Assembly (NCBI GenBank): GCA_021840255.1
Contig: JAKBYX010000012.1
Coordinates: 1,742-65,741 of the forward strand
Source: Nitrospirota bacterium
GTDB taxonomy: Bacteria; Nitrospirota; Thermodesulfovibrionia; Thermodesulfovibrionales; JdFR-88
Length of the DNA stretch: 64,000 nucleotides
Direction of reading: 5' to 3'
Below, piece after piece: positions 45,945-56,494 of the stretch (positions are counted from its first letter, which is position 1; each line of letters begins with the position of its first letter). The notes beneath the pieces are model-generated. The model saw nothing but the letters and a program-made list of their open reading frames with translations. It had not been told where the DNA came from and did no database searches. Position numbers and translations under genes: made by a program.

Positions 45945-47737
45945 GCGGAAACGACGTGCTGCAGATCGTGATCTATTTTACCGTCCTGGTTTTGCTTGCA
46001 AAACCGCTTGGCATATTCATGGCCAGGGTCTATGAGGGCCAGCCGGTTTTTCTAGGCCGCGTTCTGGGCCCTTTCGAACGTCTTTTTTACCGCCTCTGCG
46101 GCATCCAGCCGGAAGAGGAGATGGGCTGGAAGCAATACGCGCTGGCGGTGCTCCTGTTCAGCCTGTCCGGGATGTTTGCCGTTTATGCGCTTCAGCGCTT
46201 CCAAGGGGCGCTCTTTTTGAACCCGCAGAAATTTCCGGCCGTGACGCCGGGCCTTTCTTTCAACACAGCCGTAAGCTTCGCTACCAATACCAACTGGCAG
46301 AACTATGGCGGGGAGTCCACCCTGAGCTATCTAACGCAGATGGCCGGGCTCGCGGTGCAAAACTTCGTATCGGCCGCAGCCGGCATGGCAGTGCTCGTGG
46401 CCCTTATCCGCGGGTTCAAGAGACATGCCGCAAATACCATAGGCAACTTCTGGGTGGACATGACACGGGGCGTTTTGTATATCCTCCTGCCACTGTCCGT
46501 TCTCTATTCATTTCTCCTGGTTTCCCAGGGTGTTGTGCAGAGCTTTGACAAATACAAGACAGTCGCTTTGACCCAGGCGGTAACTTATGAAACCCCGAAG
46601 CTCGATGCCCTGGGCAACCCTGTGAAAGACGCAAAGGGCAATCCCGTTATGATGGAGTCTGAAGTGAGGCAGCAGCAGATACCCCTTGGCCCGGCTGCAT
46701 CCCAGGTCGCCATAAAGCAACTGGGCACGAATGGGGGAGGATTTTTCAATACAAATTCGGCCCATCCGCTTGAAGACCCCACGCCTTTTTCAAATTTCCT
46801 TGAGTGCCTGGCGATACTGCTGATACCGGCCGCGCTCTGTCTGACCTTCGGGGAGATGGTGGGCGACAGAAGGCAGGGCTGGGCCTTGCTTATTACCATG
46901 ATGCTGGTGCTTGCGCCCCTTACGGTTCTTGGCACCTGGAGCGAGCAGGGCGGCAACCCGCATTTTGCCTCCATGGGGATAGACCAGGCGGCTGGCGCAC
47001 TTCAGCCCGGCGGCAATATGGAAGGTAAGGAGGTACGGAACGGCATAGTAAGTTCCACGGTCTGGGCCACCTGGACAACCGCGGCCTCGAACGGTTCGGT
47101 CAACTCCATGCACGATTCCTATACCCCCCTTGGCGGCATGATACCGCTGGTGCTCATACAGTTGGGAGAGGTAATTTTCGGGGGCGTTGGCTCCGGGCTT
47201 TACGGCATGCTCATATTCGCCATACTCACCGTGTTCATAGCGGGGCTCATGGTGGGGCGCACACCGGAATACCTGGGCAAGAAGATAGAGATATTCGAGA
47301 TGAAGATGGCCGCCTTTATGGTGCTCATCGTAAATGCGCTCATTAAAATTGGAACGGCCCTGGGCGTTTCTACGAAAGCCGGGCTGGCAGGCATCTCCAA
47401 CCCAGGCCCTCACGGTTTTTCCGAAGTGCTGTATGCCTTTTCCTCCTTCGCGGACAACAACGGGAGCGCCTTTGCGGGCCTTAATGGAAATTCGCTTTTC
47501 TACAACACTATTGGCGGGATGATCATGTTCATTGGACGGTTCTGGGTTATCATCCCGGTGCTGGCCATCGCGGGCTCTCTGGCCAAAAAGAAGCATGTCC
47601 CCGCGGGGTTGGGGACGCTTCCCACCCATACGCCCCTGTTCGTCGTGTTTCTCATAGGGGTCATAGTGGTAGTAGGCGCGCTTACGTTCATGCCCAGCCT
47701 TGCGCTTGGGCCGATCGCGGAAATGTTTACGCACTGA
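45941..47737 (+). CDS. kdpA: K+-transporting ATPase subunit A
   Basis: 598 aa, polytopic, with KdpA blocks (NTNWQNYGGE, LGTNGGGFFNTNSAHP, NNGSAFAGL). Confidence 0.95.
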   Translation: MSGNDVLQIVIYFTVLVLLAKPLGIFMARVYEGQPVFLGRVLGPFERLFYRLCGIQPEEEMGWKQYALAVLLFSLSGMFAVYALQRFQGALFLNPQKFPAVTPGLSFNTAVSFATNTNWQNYGGESTLSYLTQMAGLAVQNFVSAAAGMAVLVALIRGFKRHAANTIGNFWVDMTRGVLYILLPLSVLYSFLLVSQGVVQSFDKYKTVALTQAVTYETPKLDALGNPVKDAKGNPVMMESEVRQQQIPLGPAASQVAIKQLGTNGGGFFNTNSAHPLEDPTPFSNFLECLAILLIPAALCLTFGEMVGDRRQGWALLITMMLVLAPLTVLGTWSEQGGNPHFASMGIDQAAGALQPGGNMEGKEVRNGIVSSTVWATWTTAASNGSVNSMHDSYTPLGGMIPLVLIQLGEVIFGGVGSGLYGMLIFAILTVFIAGLMVGRTPEYLGKKIEIFEMKMAAFMVLIVNALIKIGTALGVSTKAGLAGISNPGPHGFSEVLYAFSSFADNNGSAFAGLNGNSLFYNTIGGMIMFIGRFWVIIPVLAIAGSLAKKKHVPAGLGTLPTHTPLFVVFLIGVIVVVGALTFMPSLALGPIAEMFTH

Positions 47738-47746
47738 TTTTAAGGC

Positions 47747-47774
47747 AAAAAATAAAAAATAAAAAATAAAAAAT
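47747..47774 (+). repeat. (AAAAAAT)x4 tandem heptamer in the kdpA-kdpB spacer
   Basis: Four exact AAAAAAT units followed by TTTT, within a 61-nt spacer. Confidence 0.9.
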
Positions 47775-47798
47775 TTTTAAAAACAGGATCGGGAGATC

Positions 47799-49904
47799 AT
47801 GGGCAGGAAAAAAGAAAGAAGCAAAAGTAAAAGTAAAAAATCCCTTTTTGAGTCAAGGATAATACGGCGGGCGCTCTGGGATTCGGTGAAAAAGCTTAAT
47901 CCCGTTTACCAGATAAAAAACCCTGTCATGTTCGTGGTGGAGGCGGGCAGCGTCCTTACCACCGCGCTTTTTCTTCACTCCGTCATCACCGGAAGGGGCG
48001 AGGCCTCCCCTGGTTTCATATTCCAGATAGCGGTCTGGTTATGGATAACGGTGCTCTTTGCCAACTTCGCGGAATCCATGGCGGAGGGGCGCGGCAAGGC
48101 CCAGGCCGACGCCCTCAGGAAGACCAGGCAGGAGGTCATGGCCAAGCGCATGACCAAGCCGCAGAGGGATACACCCAGGGATTCCAATGTCACGCAGGTC
48201 CCCTCGTCGCAGCTTAAGAAAGGGGACGTTGTCCTGGTGGAGGCGGGGGACATCATCCCGATGGACGGAGAGGTTGTAGAGGGAGTCGCTTCTGTGAACG
48301 AAAGCGCCATAACGGGCGAAAGCGCGCCCGTCATAAGAGAGTCCGGTGGGGACAGGAGCGCGGTCACAGGCGGGACGATGGTGCTTTCGGACTGGCTTGT
48401 CGTAAGGATCACCTCGAACCCCGGCGAGACGTTCCTGGACAGGATGATAAGCATGGTGGAGGGAGCGAAGCGCCAGAAGACACCAAACGAGATAGCCCTG
48501 GACATTCTGCTGGCCGGCCTCACCATTATTTTTCTGCTGGTGACCGCCACACTGCTTCCGTTTTCGATATTCAGCGTGAAGGCCGCTGGGCACGGCAGCC
48601 CCGTTACCATGACGGTGCTTGTGTCGCTTCTGGTTTGCCTGATACCTACCACGATAGGCGGTTTGCTTTCCGCCATAGGCATTGCCGGCATGGACAGGAT
48701 GATACAGGCAAACGTCATAGCAATGTCCGGCCGAGCCGTCGAAGCAGCGGGCGATGTGGACGTCCTTCTTCTGGACAAGACCGGCACAATAACCCTGGGA
48801 GACCGCCAGGCCACCATGTTCATCCCGGCCCCGGGCGTGGACGCCCATGTCCTTGCCGACGCCGCCCAGCTTTCATCGCTTGCCGACGAGACACCGGAGG
48901 GCAGGAGCATCGTTGTCCTGGCAAAGGAAAAATACAGTCTGAGGGAACGTGACATTCATGCCCTTGGCGCGCATTTCGTGGAGTTCAGCGCTCAAACCAG
49001 AATGAGCGGGGTGAACATGGACGGCAGGGAGATCCGCAAGGGCGCTTCCGACGCGGTGGAAAAATATATTCAGAAAGAGGGCGGGACTTTCCCGCAGGAA
49101 GTGCGCCATATAGTGGACGACATTGCCAGGCAGGGGGCCACGCCGCTTGTTGTGGCCGAAGGCAAAAAGGTGCTTGGCGTTATCCGTCTGAACGATATAG
49201 TAAAAGGCGGCATAAAGGAGCGGTTCGCCGAGATGAGGCAGATGGGCATAAAGACCATCATGATAACCGGCGACAACCCGCTTACCGCCGCGGCTGTGGC
49301 GGCGGAGGCCGGGGTGGACGACTTCTTGGCGCAGGCCACTCCGGAAACCAAGCTGAAACTCATACGTGAGCACCAGGCCGGCGGAAGGCTCGTGGCGATG
49401 ACCGGCGACGGCACCAATGACGCACCCGCGCTGGCCCAGGCGGATGTGGCGGTCGCCATGAACACGGGCACCCAGGCCGCAAAGGAAGCAGGCAACCTGG
49501 TGGACCTGGACTCCAATCCCACAAAGCTCATAGAGATCGTGGAGATCGGCAAACAGCTCCTTATGACCAGGGGAACTCTCACCACCTTCAGCATAGCCAA
49601 CGATGTGGCAAAGTATTTCGCCATCCTGCCGGCGGCGTTCATCTCCATCTACCCGGCCCTTGGAGCGCTCAACATAATGCACCTTGCCACCCCGCAGAGC
49701 GCCGTTTTGTCCGCGGTCATATTCAACGCGCTGATAATCATTTTTTTGATCCCGCTTGCGCTGCGCGGCGTTAAGTACAAACCCCTTGGCGCGCAGGTCG
49801 TCCTGCGCAATAACGCCCTTATATACGGCGTCGGTGGCCTCGCCGTCCCGTTCCTAGGCATCAAGCTCATAGACATGCTCATAACGGCGCTTCACATAGT
49901 CTGA
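47799..49904 (+). CDS. kdpB: K+-transporting P-type ATPase subunit B
   Basis: 701 aa with the DKTGTIT phosphorylation motif, TGDN and [17 protein letters not shown]. Confidence 0.95.
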   Translation: MGRKKERSKSKSKKSLFESRIIRRALWDSVKKLNPVYQIKNPVMFVVEAGSVLTTALFLHSVITGRGEASPGFIFQIAVWLWITVLFANFAESMAEGRGKAQADALRKTRQEVMAKRMTKPQRDTPRDSNVTQVPSSQLKKGDVVLVEAGDIIPMDGEVVEGVASVNESAITGESAPVIRESGGDRSAVTGGTMVLSDWLVVRITSNPGETFLDRMISMVEGAKRQKTPNEIALDILLAGLTIIFLLVTATLLPFSIFSVKAAGHGSPVTMTVLVSLLVCLIPTTIGGLLSAIGIAGMDRMIQANVIAMSGRAVEAAGDVDVLLLDKTGTITLGDRQATMFIPAPGVDAHVLADAAQLSSLADETPEGRSIVVLAKEKYSLRERDIHALGAHFVEFSAQTRMSGVNMDGREIRKGASDAVEKYIQKEGGTFPQEVRHIVDDIARQGATPLVVAEGKKVLGVIRLNDIVKGGIKERFAEMRQMGIKTIMITGDNPLTAAAVAAEAGVDDFLAQATPETKLKLIREHQAGGRLVAMTGDGTNDAPALAQADVAVAMNTGTQAAKEAGNLVDLDSNPTKLIEIVEIGKQLLMTRGTLTTFSIANDVAKYFAILPAAFISIYPALGALNIMHLATPQSAVLSAVIFNALIIIFLIPLALRGVKYKPLGAQVVLRNNALIYGVGGLAVPFLGIKLIDMLITALHIV

Positions 49905-49925
49905 AAGGAAGGGGAAAAACAAAAA

Positions 49926-50510
49926 ATGCTCATCAAAATGATAAAAAACGCCGTGATGTCTTTGGCCGTGCTTACGGTGCTTACCGGAATCATTTACCCG
50001 CTGGCGGTCACCGGGATATCACAGGCCGTTTTTCCGGAAAGGGCGAACGGCAGCATCATCATGAAAGACGGCAAACCGGTGGGCTCGGCCTTGGTGGGGC
50101 AGCAGTTCGACGGCCCCGGATATTTCTGGGGAAGGCCCTCGGCAACAACGCCTTATCCATACAACGGTGCGTTGTCGTCCGGGTCCAACCTGGGGCCCGA
50201 TAACCCGGCTTTGGTGCGGGAGGTGCAGGCGCGCGTGAATGCATTGCACGCGGCCGACCCTGGAAATAAAAAACCTATACCCGTGGACCTGGTAACCTCT
50301 TCCGGAAGCGGGCTGGACCCGGACATAAGCCCGGCCGCCGCCCTCTATCAGGCGGGAAGGGTGGCAAGGGCCAGGGGACTGGCAGAAGCGCAAGTCCGCG
50401 CGCTCATCCGGGCAAATACCACCGGGAGGTTCCTGGGGATATTCGGCGAGCCGGCCGTAAACGTGCTCAAACTGAATCTGGCGCTTGAAGGGTTAAAAAA
50501 CAAGAATTAA
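49926..50510 (+). CDS. kdpC: K+-transporting ATPase subunit C
   Basis: 194 aa with an N-terminal TM helix and the blocks [22 protein letters not shown] and [14 protein letters not shown]. Confidence 0.9.
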   Translation: MLIKMIKNAVMSLAVLTVLTGIIYPLAVTGISQAVFPERANGSIIMKDGKPVGSALVGQQFDGPGYFWGRPSATTPYPYNGALSSGSNLGPDNPALVREVQARVNALHAADPGNKKPIPVDLVTSSGSGLDPDISPAAALYQAGRVARARGLAEAQVRALIRANTTGRFLGIFGEPAVNVLKLNLALEGLKNKN

Positions 50511-50577
50511 AAACAGGGAAAATTTAATAGAACAGGCCCTATAATGAAAGATGACGGTTTGAGAAGGGAAATATAGT

Positions 50578-53319
50578 ATGGAGGAGCGAAGGCCCAGTCC
50601 CGAGGAGATGCTGGAGCGGGTGCGCAGGGACGAAGAGCGCGGCCGGGAGGGACAATTAAAGATATTCTTCGGGTCCGCCCCCGGCGTCGGGAAGACCTAC
50701 GCCATGCTCGATGCCGCAAGGCAGAAACGCGCGCAGGGAGTGGACGTTGTTGCGGGCATTGCCGAGACCCACGGGCGTAAGGAGACGGAGGCGCTCCTTG
50801 AAGGGCTTGACATCCTGCCCCGCCGCGAACTCGAATACCGCGGCACGAAATTAAAGGAATTCGATCTGGATGCGGCCCTTGCCCGAAAGCCCTCCATCAT
50901 CCTTGTGGATGAGCTTGCCCATACCAATGCTCCCGGCTCCCGCCACAAAAAACGCTGGCAGGACATCTATGAGCTCCTTGGGGCCGGTATCAACGTATAT
51001 ACCACGCTCAACGTGCAGCACCTTGAGAGCCTGAACGACGTTGTCTCCCAGATCACGGGTGTTATCGTGCGCGAAACGGTGCCGGATTTTCTTCTGGACA
51101 GGGCCGATGATATCGAGCTCATAGACCTTCCTCCTGAGGATCTTTTGAGACGGCTTAGGGAGGGAAAGGTATACATACCTGAACTGGCGGCCAAGGCCAG
51201 GGAGAATTTTTTCCGCAAGGGAAACCTGCTTGCACTGAGGGAGCTTGCGCTGCGCCGTACAGCGGAAAGCGTCGATGAGCAGATGCGCAGCTACCGGCTT
51301 GGCAAGGGGGTCAAGGAAGTATGGCCCGCGGGGGAGAGGATTCTGGTGTGCGTGGGCCCCAACCCCCGTTCCATCCGTCTGATACGGGCCGCCAAGCGCA
51401 TGTCTGCGGGACTTCGGGGACAGCTGATCGCCGTCTATGTCGAGGCGCCGCATAAGGTGAAACCTTCCGAAAACGATCTGAGACAGCTTGCGGAACATAT
51501 GCGCCTGGCGGAAAGCCTGGGCGCGGAGACGGTTACCCTTTCCGGTCACAAGGCGAGCGATGAGATCCTCAATTACTCGCGGCAAATGAATGTGACAAAG
51601 ATAATTATCGGCAAACCCACCCATCCGCGCTGGAAAGACAAGGTTTTTGGCTCCATGCTGGATGAGATAGTGCGGGGCAGCGGGGAGATCGATATCTATG
51701 TCATTACCGGAGACATCGGCGAGCCGGTGGCAAGGCACATAGCAAAGCCCGCCGCCCGTACAGCGCCGGCCTGGAAGGATTGGGCCACGGGCCTCGCGGG
51801 AGTTGCCGTCACCTCCGGCATCTCCTTTGTGCTTTCCCCATATTTCACCCCAATAGATATCGCCATGGTTTATCTGCTTGGCATCGTAGTTGTCTCAAGC
51901 CGCACCAGCCAATGGCCGTCCATTGTGGCCACCTTTCTGAGCGTATCGGCTTTCGATTATCTTTTTGTCCCTCCCAGGTTTACGTTTGCGATAAACGACG
52001 TAAAATATTTTTTCACGTTCCTTGTCATGTTCGTGGTCGCCCTTGTCTTAAGCAGGATGACCTTGCGGATACGCAGGCAGGCGGACGCATCAAGGGCGAG
52101 GGAGCGGAGGACAGCCGCGCTTTACAGCCTGAGCCGCGAGCTGGTGCATGAACGCGGTATCGAGAGGACCTGCATAGTTGCCATAAAGCGCTTAAGCGAA
52201 CTTTTTTCAAGCCGTGTCGTTATCCTGGCGCCCGATGAGCGTGGCAAGCTGGTCCCGCCTGTCACCGGACCGGAGACTTTTGCCCTTGACCAGAATGAGA
52301 TGGGCGTGGCCCAATGGGCTTTCGACCACCGCAGCGAGGCTGGATTGGGCACGGATACGCTGTCCGGGGCGGAGGCCCTGTACATCCCGCTCACAACATC
52401 CTCCAGGGCCGTTGGCGTGCTTGGCGTCATGCCTTCGAGCGAGACCGGCCCGTTCGATCACGACCAGATACATGTGCTTGAAAGCTTTGCAAACCAGATA
52501 GCGATGGCCGTGGACAGGACGCTGCTGGCCCATGAGGCCCAGCAGGCGCTCTTGAGGGCGGAGGCCGAGGCCTTGAGAAGCACCCTTTTGAGTTCGGTCT
52601 CACACGACCTGCGCACGCCGCTTGCGGCCATCACCGGGGCGGCAACCGCGCTGATGGGAAAGGACATCGCCCTCTCCGCTCACGGCAGACAGGAGCTTGT
52701 GCGGACCATACAGGAGGAAGCGGAGCGTCTCAACCAGATCATAAAAAACGTCCTTGATATGACGCGGCTGGAGGCCAAGGCCATAACCCTGAAAAAAGAA
52801 TGGCAGTCCATCGAGGAAATAGTAGGGGTAGTGCTCAACCGGCTGTCCGAAAGGCTCAAGGGCCGCCAGGTAAACGTGAACGTGCCGGCGGACCTTCCGC
52901 TGGTCCCCTTCGATCCTCTCCTTATCGAACAGGCCCTGATGAACCTTATGGATAACGCAATAAAGTACACGCCCGAGGGTGCCCCCATTGACCTGCATGC
53001 AAGGATAGATGAAGACTCCCTGCTGTTTGAGCTTGCCGACTATGGCCCGGGGATCCCCTCTGGAGAGGAAGAAAAGATATTTGAAAAATTCGTGCACGGC
53101 GCGGGCGGTGGCATCGGGCTGGGGCTGGCCATCTGCAAGGCCATCATCCAGGCCCATGGAGGGCGCATCTGGGCTGAAAACCGCCACGGCGGAGGCGCCG
53201 TTTTCATGTTCACCCTGCCTGTTGGACAACAGCCCCCGATGCCTGAACCTGAACAGGTCCCTTTTGAGGGCGCTGGAGCGCCGGATCCCCCATTGGATGC
53301 CGGGGGGAGACAAAAGTAG
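50578..53319 (+). CDS. kdpD: osmosensitive K+ channel sensor histidine kinase KdpD
   Basis: 913 aa. KdpD N-terminal P-loop (GSAPGVGKTY), a Usp-like region, 4 TM helices, a GAF-like region, H-box SHDLRTPL, N-box LMNLMDNAIKYT and G-box GIGLGLAI. Confidence 0.95.
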   Translation: MEERRPSPEEMLERVRRDEERGREGQLKIFFGSAPGVGKTYAMLDAARQKRAQGVDVVAGIAETHGRKETEALLEGLDILPRRELEYRGTKLKEFDLDAALARKPSIILVDELAHTNAPGSRHKKRWQDIYELLGAGINVYTTLNVQHLESLNDVVSQITGVIVRETVPDFLLDRADDIELIDLPPEDLLRRLREGKVYIPELAAKARENFFRKGNLLALRELALRRTAESVDEQMRSYRLGKGVKEVWPAGERILVCVGPNPRSIRLIRAAKRMSAGLRGQLIAVYVEAPHKVKPSENDLRQLAEHMRLAESLGAETVTLSGHKASDEILNYSRQMNVTKIIIGKPTHPRWKDKVFGSMLDEIVRGSGEIDIYVITGDIGEPVARHIAKPAARTAPAWKDWATGLAGVAVTSGISFVLSPYFTPIDIAMVYLLGIVVVSSRTSQWPSIVATFLSVSAFDYLFVPPRFTFAINDVKYFFTFLVMFVVALVLSRMTLRIRRQADASRARERRTAALYSLSRELVHERGIERTCIVAIKRLSELFSSRVVILAPDERGKLVPPVTGPETFALDQNEMGVAQWAFDHRSEAGLGTDTLSGAEALYIPLTTSSRAVGVLGVMPSSETGPFDHDQIHVLESFANQIAMAVDRTLLAHEAQQALLRAEAEALRSTLLSSVSHDLRTPLAAITGAATALMGKDIALSAHGRQELVRTIQEEAERLNQIIKNVLDMTRLEAKAITLKKEWQSIEEIVGVVLNRLSERLKGRQVNVNVPADLPLVPFDPLLIEQALMNLMDNAIKYTPEGAPIDLHARIDEDSLLFELADYGPGIPSGEEEKIFEKFVHGAGGGIGLGLAICKAIIQAHGGRIWAENRHGGGAVFMFTLPVGQQPPMPEPEQVPFEGAGAPDPPLDAGGRQK

Positions 53320-53334
53320 AGATAAAGGTAAAAT

Positions 53335-54042
53335 ATGGCGGAGCATAAAGAGGCGATCCTCCTTATTGAAGATGAGCCTCAAATGAGGCGTTTTATCCGG
53401 CTGATCCTGCAAGGACAGGGATACAATGTAACGGAGTCGGGTACGGGGGAGGAAGGACTGATAGAGGCCGCTCTCCGCAATCCGGATGTCGTATTGCTCG
53501 ACCTGGGGCTTCCGGATATGGACGGCCTTGAGGTCACAAAAAGGCTGAGAGAATGGAGCGGCGTCCCTATCATAGTCATCTCCGCGAGGGAAAAGGAAAT
53601 GGACAAGATCACCGCTCTTGATGAAGGAGCGGACGATTATCTGATAAAACCCTTTGGGGCAGGCGAATTGCTGGCCAGGATAAGGGTGGCAATTCGGCAC
53701 AGGGCCATGCAGAGGTCCGGACGGAAGGAGCCCGTGCTGGAGGCCGGCAACCTTAAGATTGACTTCTCAAAACGGCAGGTGTTCATCGGCGGCCAGGAGG
53801 TCCATCTTACCCCCATTGAATACAAGCTCCTTTCCCTCCTTGCGGGAAACGCGGGGAAAGTCCTTACTCACAGCTATCTGCTGAAAGAGGTGTGGGGGGC
53901 CAATTATGCCCAGCAGACACAATACCTTAGGGTCTACATGACCCAGCTCAGGCACAAGCTGGAAGCCGATCCGGCCAGGCCCCGGTTCCTTATAAATGAG
54001 CCGGGCATAGGATACAGGTTCAAGGCCGGTATCGAGAAGTAA
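53335..54042 (+). CDS. kdpE: OmpR-family response regulator KdpE
   Basis: 235 aa with a receiver domain (LLIEDEP ... VLLDLGLPDMDG), a winged-helix domain (LTPIEYKLL ... GIGYRF) and kdpD adjacency. Confidence 0.9.
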   Translation: MAEHKEAILLIEDEPQMRRFIRLILQGQGYNVTESGTGEEGLIEAALRNPDVVLLDLGLPDMDGLEVTKRLREWSGVPIIVISAREKEMDKITALDEGADDYLIKPFGAGELLARIRVAIRHRAMQRSGRKEPVLEAGNLKIDFSKRQVFIGGQEVHLTPIEYKLLSLLAGNAGKVLTHSYLLKEVWGANYAQQTQYLRVYMTQLRHKLEADPARPRFLINEPGIGYRFKAGIEK

Positions 54043-54067
54043 AATAAATGCACCGTGAGCACACCCC

Positions 54068-54208
54068 GGGCAAGCGAGCGAATTCAAAAATGCCCAATTC
54101 CCTGCATTCGATTTCCGAAGGGAATAAAATGGGCAGCAAGTGGCCCAGCGAGCTAACTATGACAAATCAGAAATTCCTTACATTCGATTCCCACAGGGAA
54201 TAAAAATC
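54068..54208 (+). repeat. two tandem copies of a ~65-75-nt intergenic repeat with conserved hairpin
   Basis: Unit A is 54068-54133 and unit B is 54131-54208. The shared core is AATTCC(C/T)T(G/A)CATTCGAT + 6-bp hairpin + ATAAAA. The hairpins are ATTTCC-GAA-GGGAAT (54111-54125) and ATTCCC-ACA-GGGAAT (54187-54201). A third copy lies at 10064-10133. Confidence 0.75.
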
Positions 54209-54369
54209 CAGAACTGTTCGTCCTTCTGCTTCTCGCAGGGAATCCCCCGGATATCCGGCCAGAAATGCCCGAAAAATAAATGAAAAAATCCTTTTGCGGC
54301 TTGACAGGGAGGGGATGCGTGGTAAAATGTGCGGGAAGGGAAATTCTTTTAATCGCGAGGTGGCGGTCT

Positions 54370-54825
54370 TTGAAGCTGGCGATAGGCGCTGATCACGGCG
54401 GTTTTGCGCTTAAAAAAATAATGATGGAATTTATCGTGGGGCTGGGCCATGAGGTGATGGACTGCGGCGCATTCAGACTTGAGCCGGGTGACGATTACCC
54501 GGATTTCGCGGGAGCGGTGGCCAGGGCCATCCAGAAGGGGCAGGCCTCAAGGGGTATCCTCATTTGCGGCAGCGGGGTCGGGGCCGGGGTAGCGGCAAAC
54601 AAGTTCGAGGGCATAAGGGCCGCGGTCTGCCACGACGCCTTCTCGGCCCGGCAAGGGGTAGAGGACGATGATATGAACGTGCTTTGCCTGGGAGAGCGCA
54701 TCATCGGCGCGGGCGCGGCGCGGGAGGCCGTGAGGGTTTTTCTGACGGCCGGGTTTTCAGGAGCGGAGCGCCATCTGCGCAGACTGAATAAGGTGAAATC
54801 GATGGAGAGGGAATTTTTTAAATGA
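54370..54825 (+). CDS. rpiB: ribose-5-phosphate isomerase B
   Basis: 151 aa from the TTG at 54370 (GAGGTGG SD; the track ORF starts at 54280). Blocks KLAIGADHGG, ILICGSGVGAGVAANK and NVLCLGERIIG. Confidence 0.85.
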   Translation: MKLAIGADHGGFALKKIMMEFIVGLGHEVMDCGAFRLEPGDDYPDFAGAVARAIQKGQASRGILICGSGVGAGVAANKFEGIRAAVCHDAFSARQGVEDDDMNVLCLGERIIGAGAAREAVRVFLTAGFSGAERHLRRLNKVKSMEREFFK

Positions 54826-54865
54826 TCAAATACCGGGATTCAATAATGACCAGGAGTTTTAACTG

Positions 54866-56413
54866 ATGATAAAGGCTGGGCCGGAGATAGAAAGGGACCT
54901 CCTTAAAAAATGTGTTGTCGACCTGAAGGAGGTCAGGACAGAGCCTTTTACGATGTGCATATTCGGCGGCGCGGGGGATCTTAGCAGGAGAAAGCTCATG
55001 CCGGGCCTCCTTCATCTTTTTGGATCGGGTGAGCTTGCAAACGGTTTTTCGATCCTCTCTATCGGCATGCCGGAGATGACCGATAACCAGTACCGCTCAC
55101 AGATCGCAGACGGCATAAGGCAATTCGATGAGACACCTCCGGATGAGCAGAAACTGGAAGATTTCAGCAGCCATCTCTACTGCCTTCCCGCCCGTTTTGA
55201 AGAAGACCTGAAATACAAGGAACTCTGCCAGAGGGTCGAGGATATCTCCATACCAGACTCGCAGGGGCGCATAAACGTGATATTCTACATGGCAGTGCCT
55301 GCCGCCGCCGTGCCGGGCATTGTAGGCAAGCTCAAGAAATACAACCTTTGCAAAGGGCCCTTTAACGCGAAGATAATCGTGGAAAAGCCCTTCGGGCACG
55401 ACCGCCAGAGCGCAAGGGAGCTGAACCACATACTCATTGACGCCTTCGACGAGTGCCAGATATACCGCATTGACCATTACCTGAGCAAGGAGCCTGTGCA
55501 GAACATACTTTTTTTCAGGTTCTCCAATTTCATATTCGAGCAGATATGGAACAGGAATTACGTGGACAACGTGCAGATCACCGTTGCCGAAGATATAGGG
55601 ATAGAGCACAGGGGCGCCTTCTACGAACAGACGGGGGTTGTAAGGGACATCGTCCAGAACCATATGCTCCAGCTGCTGGGGCTCATAGCCATGGAGCCCC
55701 CGGTAGGGTTCAGCGCGGATTACGTGAGGGATGAAAAGACCAAGGTCTTTAATTCCATCCGCATCATGGACGCCTATCATGTGGACAGGTTCACGGTCAG
55801 GGGGCAGTACGGCCCAGGGCATGTAAACGGCCAGTCCGTGCCCGGTTACAGGCAGGAGAAAAACGTGGCGCCCATCTCGCTGCAGCCCACCTTTTTTGCG
55901 GCCAAATTCAATGTGGACAACCTGAGATGGGCGGGAGTGCCTTTCTATGTGCGCACCGGAAAGCGCATGGCCAAGCGCATAACGGAGATATGCATCCAGT
56001 TCAAGCAGCTTCCGCTCAGGATGTTCGGGAAGCCAAGCGATGCCCTTGAGCCCAATATACTCGTTTTCACCGTGCAGCCGGACGAGAAAATATCCCTCCG
56101 CTTTTGCGTGAAGTACCCCTACTCGGTGGACGAGTTGTACCTGGTGAACATGGTTTTCGACTACAGGGACATGTTCAAAATGAAGGTGCCGGACCCTTAC
56201 GAGCGCCTGCTTCTGGATTGCGTGAAAGGGGACCTTTCCCTGTTTGTAAGGCAGGACTCTGTTGAGGCCATGTGGGAGGTCGTGGACCCAATCATCTCAA
56301 GATGGGAAAACATTGCCCTAAAGGATTTCCCGAACTATGCCGCGGGGTCGTGGGGGCCGCTGGAGGCCCAGGCGCTTGTAGAGTCGGATGAGCGCCAATG
56401 GATCACCAGGTGA
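54866..56413 (+). CDS. zwf: glucose-6-phosphate 1-dehydrogenase
   Basis: 515 aa with IFGGAGDLSRRKL, EKPFGHD and the RIDHYLSKE active-site motif. AGGAG SD. Confidence 0.95.
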   Translation: MIKAGPEIERDLLKKCVVDLKEVRTEPFTMCIFGGAGDLSRRKLMPGLLHLFGSGELANGFSILSIGMPEMTDNQYRSQIADGIRQFDETPPDEQKLEDFSSHLYCLPARFEEDLKYKELCQRVEDISIPDSQGRINVIFYMAVPAAAVPGIVGKLKKYNLCKGPFNAKIIVEKPFGHDRQSARELNHILIDAFDECQIYRIDHYLSKEPVQNILFFRFSNFIFEQIWNRNYVDNVQITVAEDIGIEHRGAFYEQTGVVRDIVQNHMLQLLGLIAMEPPVGFSADYVRDEKTKVFNSIRIMDAYHVDRFTVRGQYGPGHVNGQSVPGYRQEKNVAPISLQPTFFAAKFNVDNLRWAGVPFYVRTGKRMAKRITEICIQFKQLPLRMFGKPSDALEPNILVFTVQPDEKISLRFCVKYPYSVDELYLVNMVFDYRDMFKMKVPDPYERLLLDCVKGDLSLFVRQDSVEAMWEVVDPIISRWENIALKDFPNYAAGSWGPLEAQALVESDERQWITR

Positions 56414-56494
56414 TCAGATACTGATTTGCCGTAAAAAGAAAAGGTTCGCCGCCCGATTTTATCCTTAATAAAAGAGAAAGAGGCCAGTTTTTTT

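Noticed and set aside
54068-54208. Whether the tandem repeats between kdpE and rpiB are a small CRISPR array.
   Set aside because: There are only two units. They are directly contiguous with no unique spacers, they are diverged and 65-75 nt long, a solitary copy sits elsewhere (10064-10133), and no cas genes are present in the window.
54247-54258. A perfect 12-bp palindrome CCGGATATCCGG about 110 nt upstream of rpiB, considered as an operator.
   Set aside because: About 64000/4096, or roughly 16, perfect 12-bp palindromes are expected by chance in a window of this size, and there is no supporting evidence.
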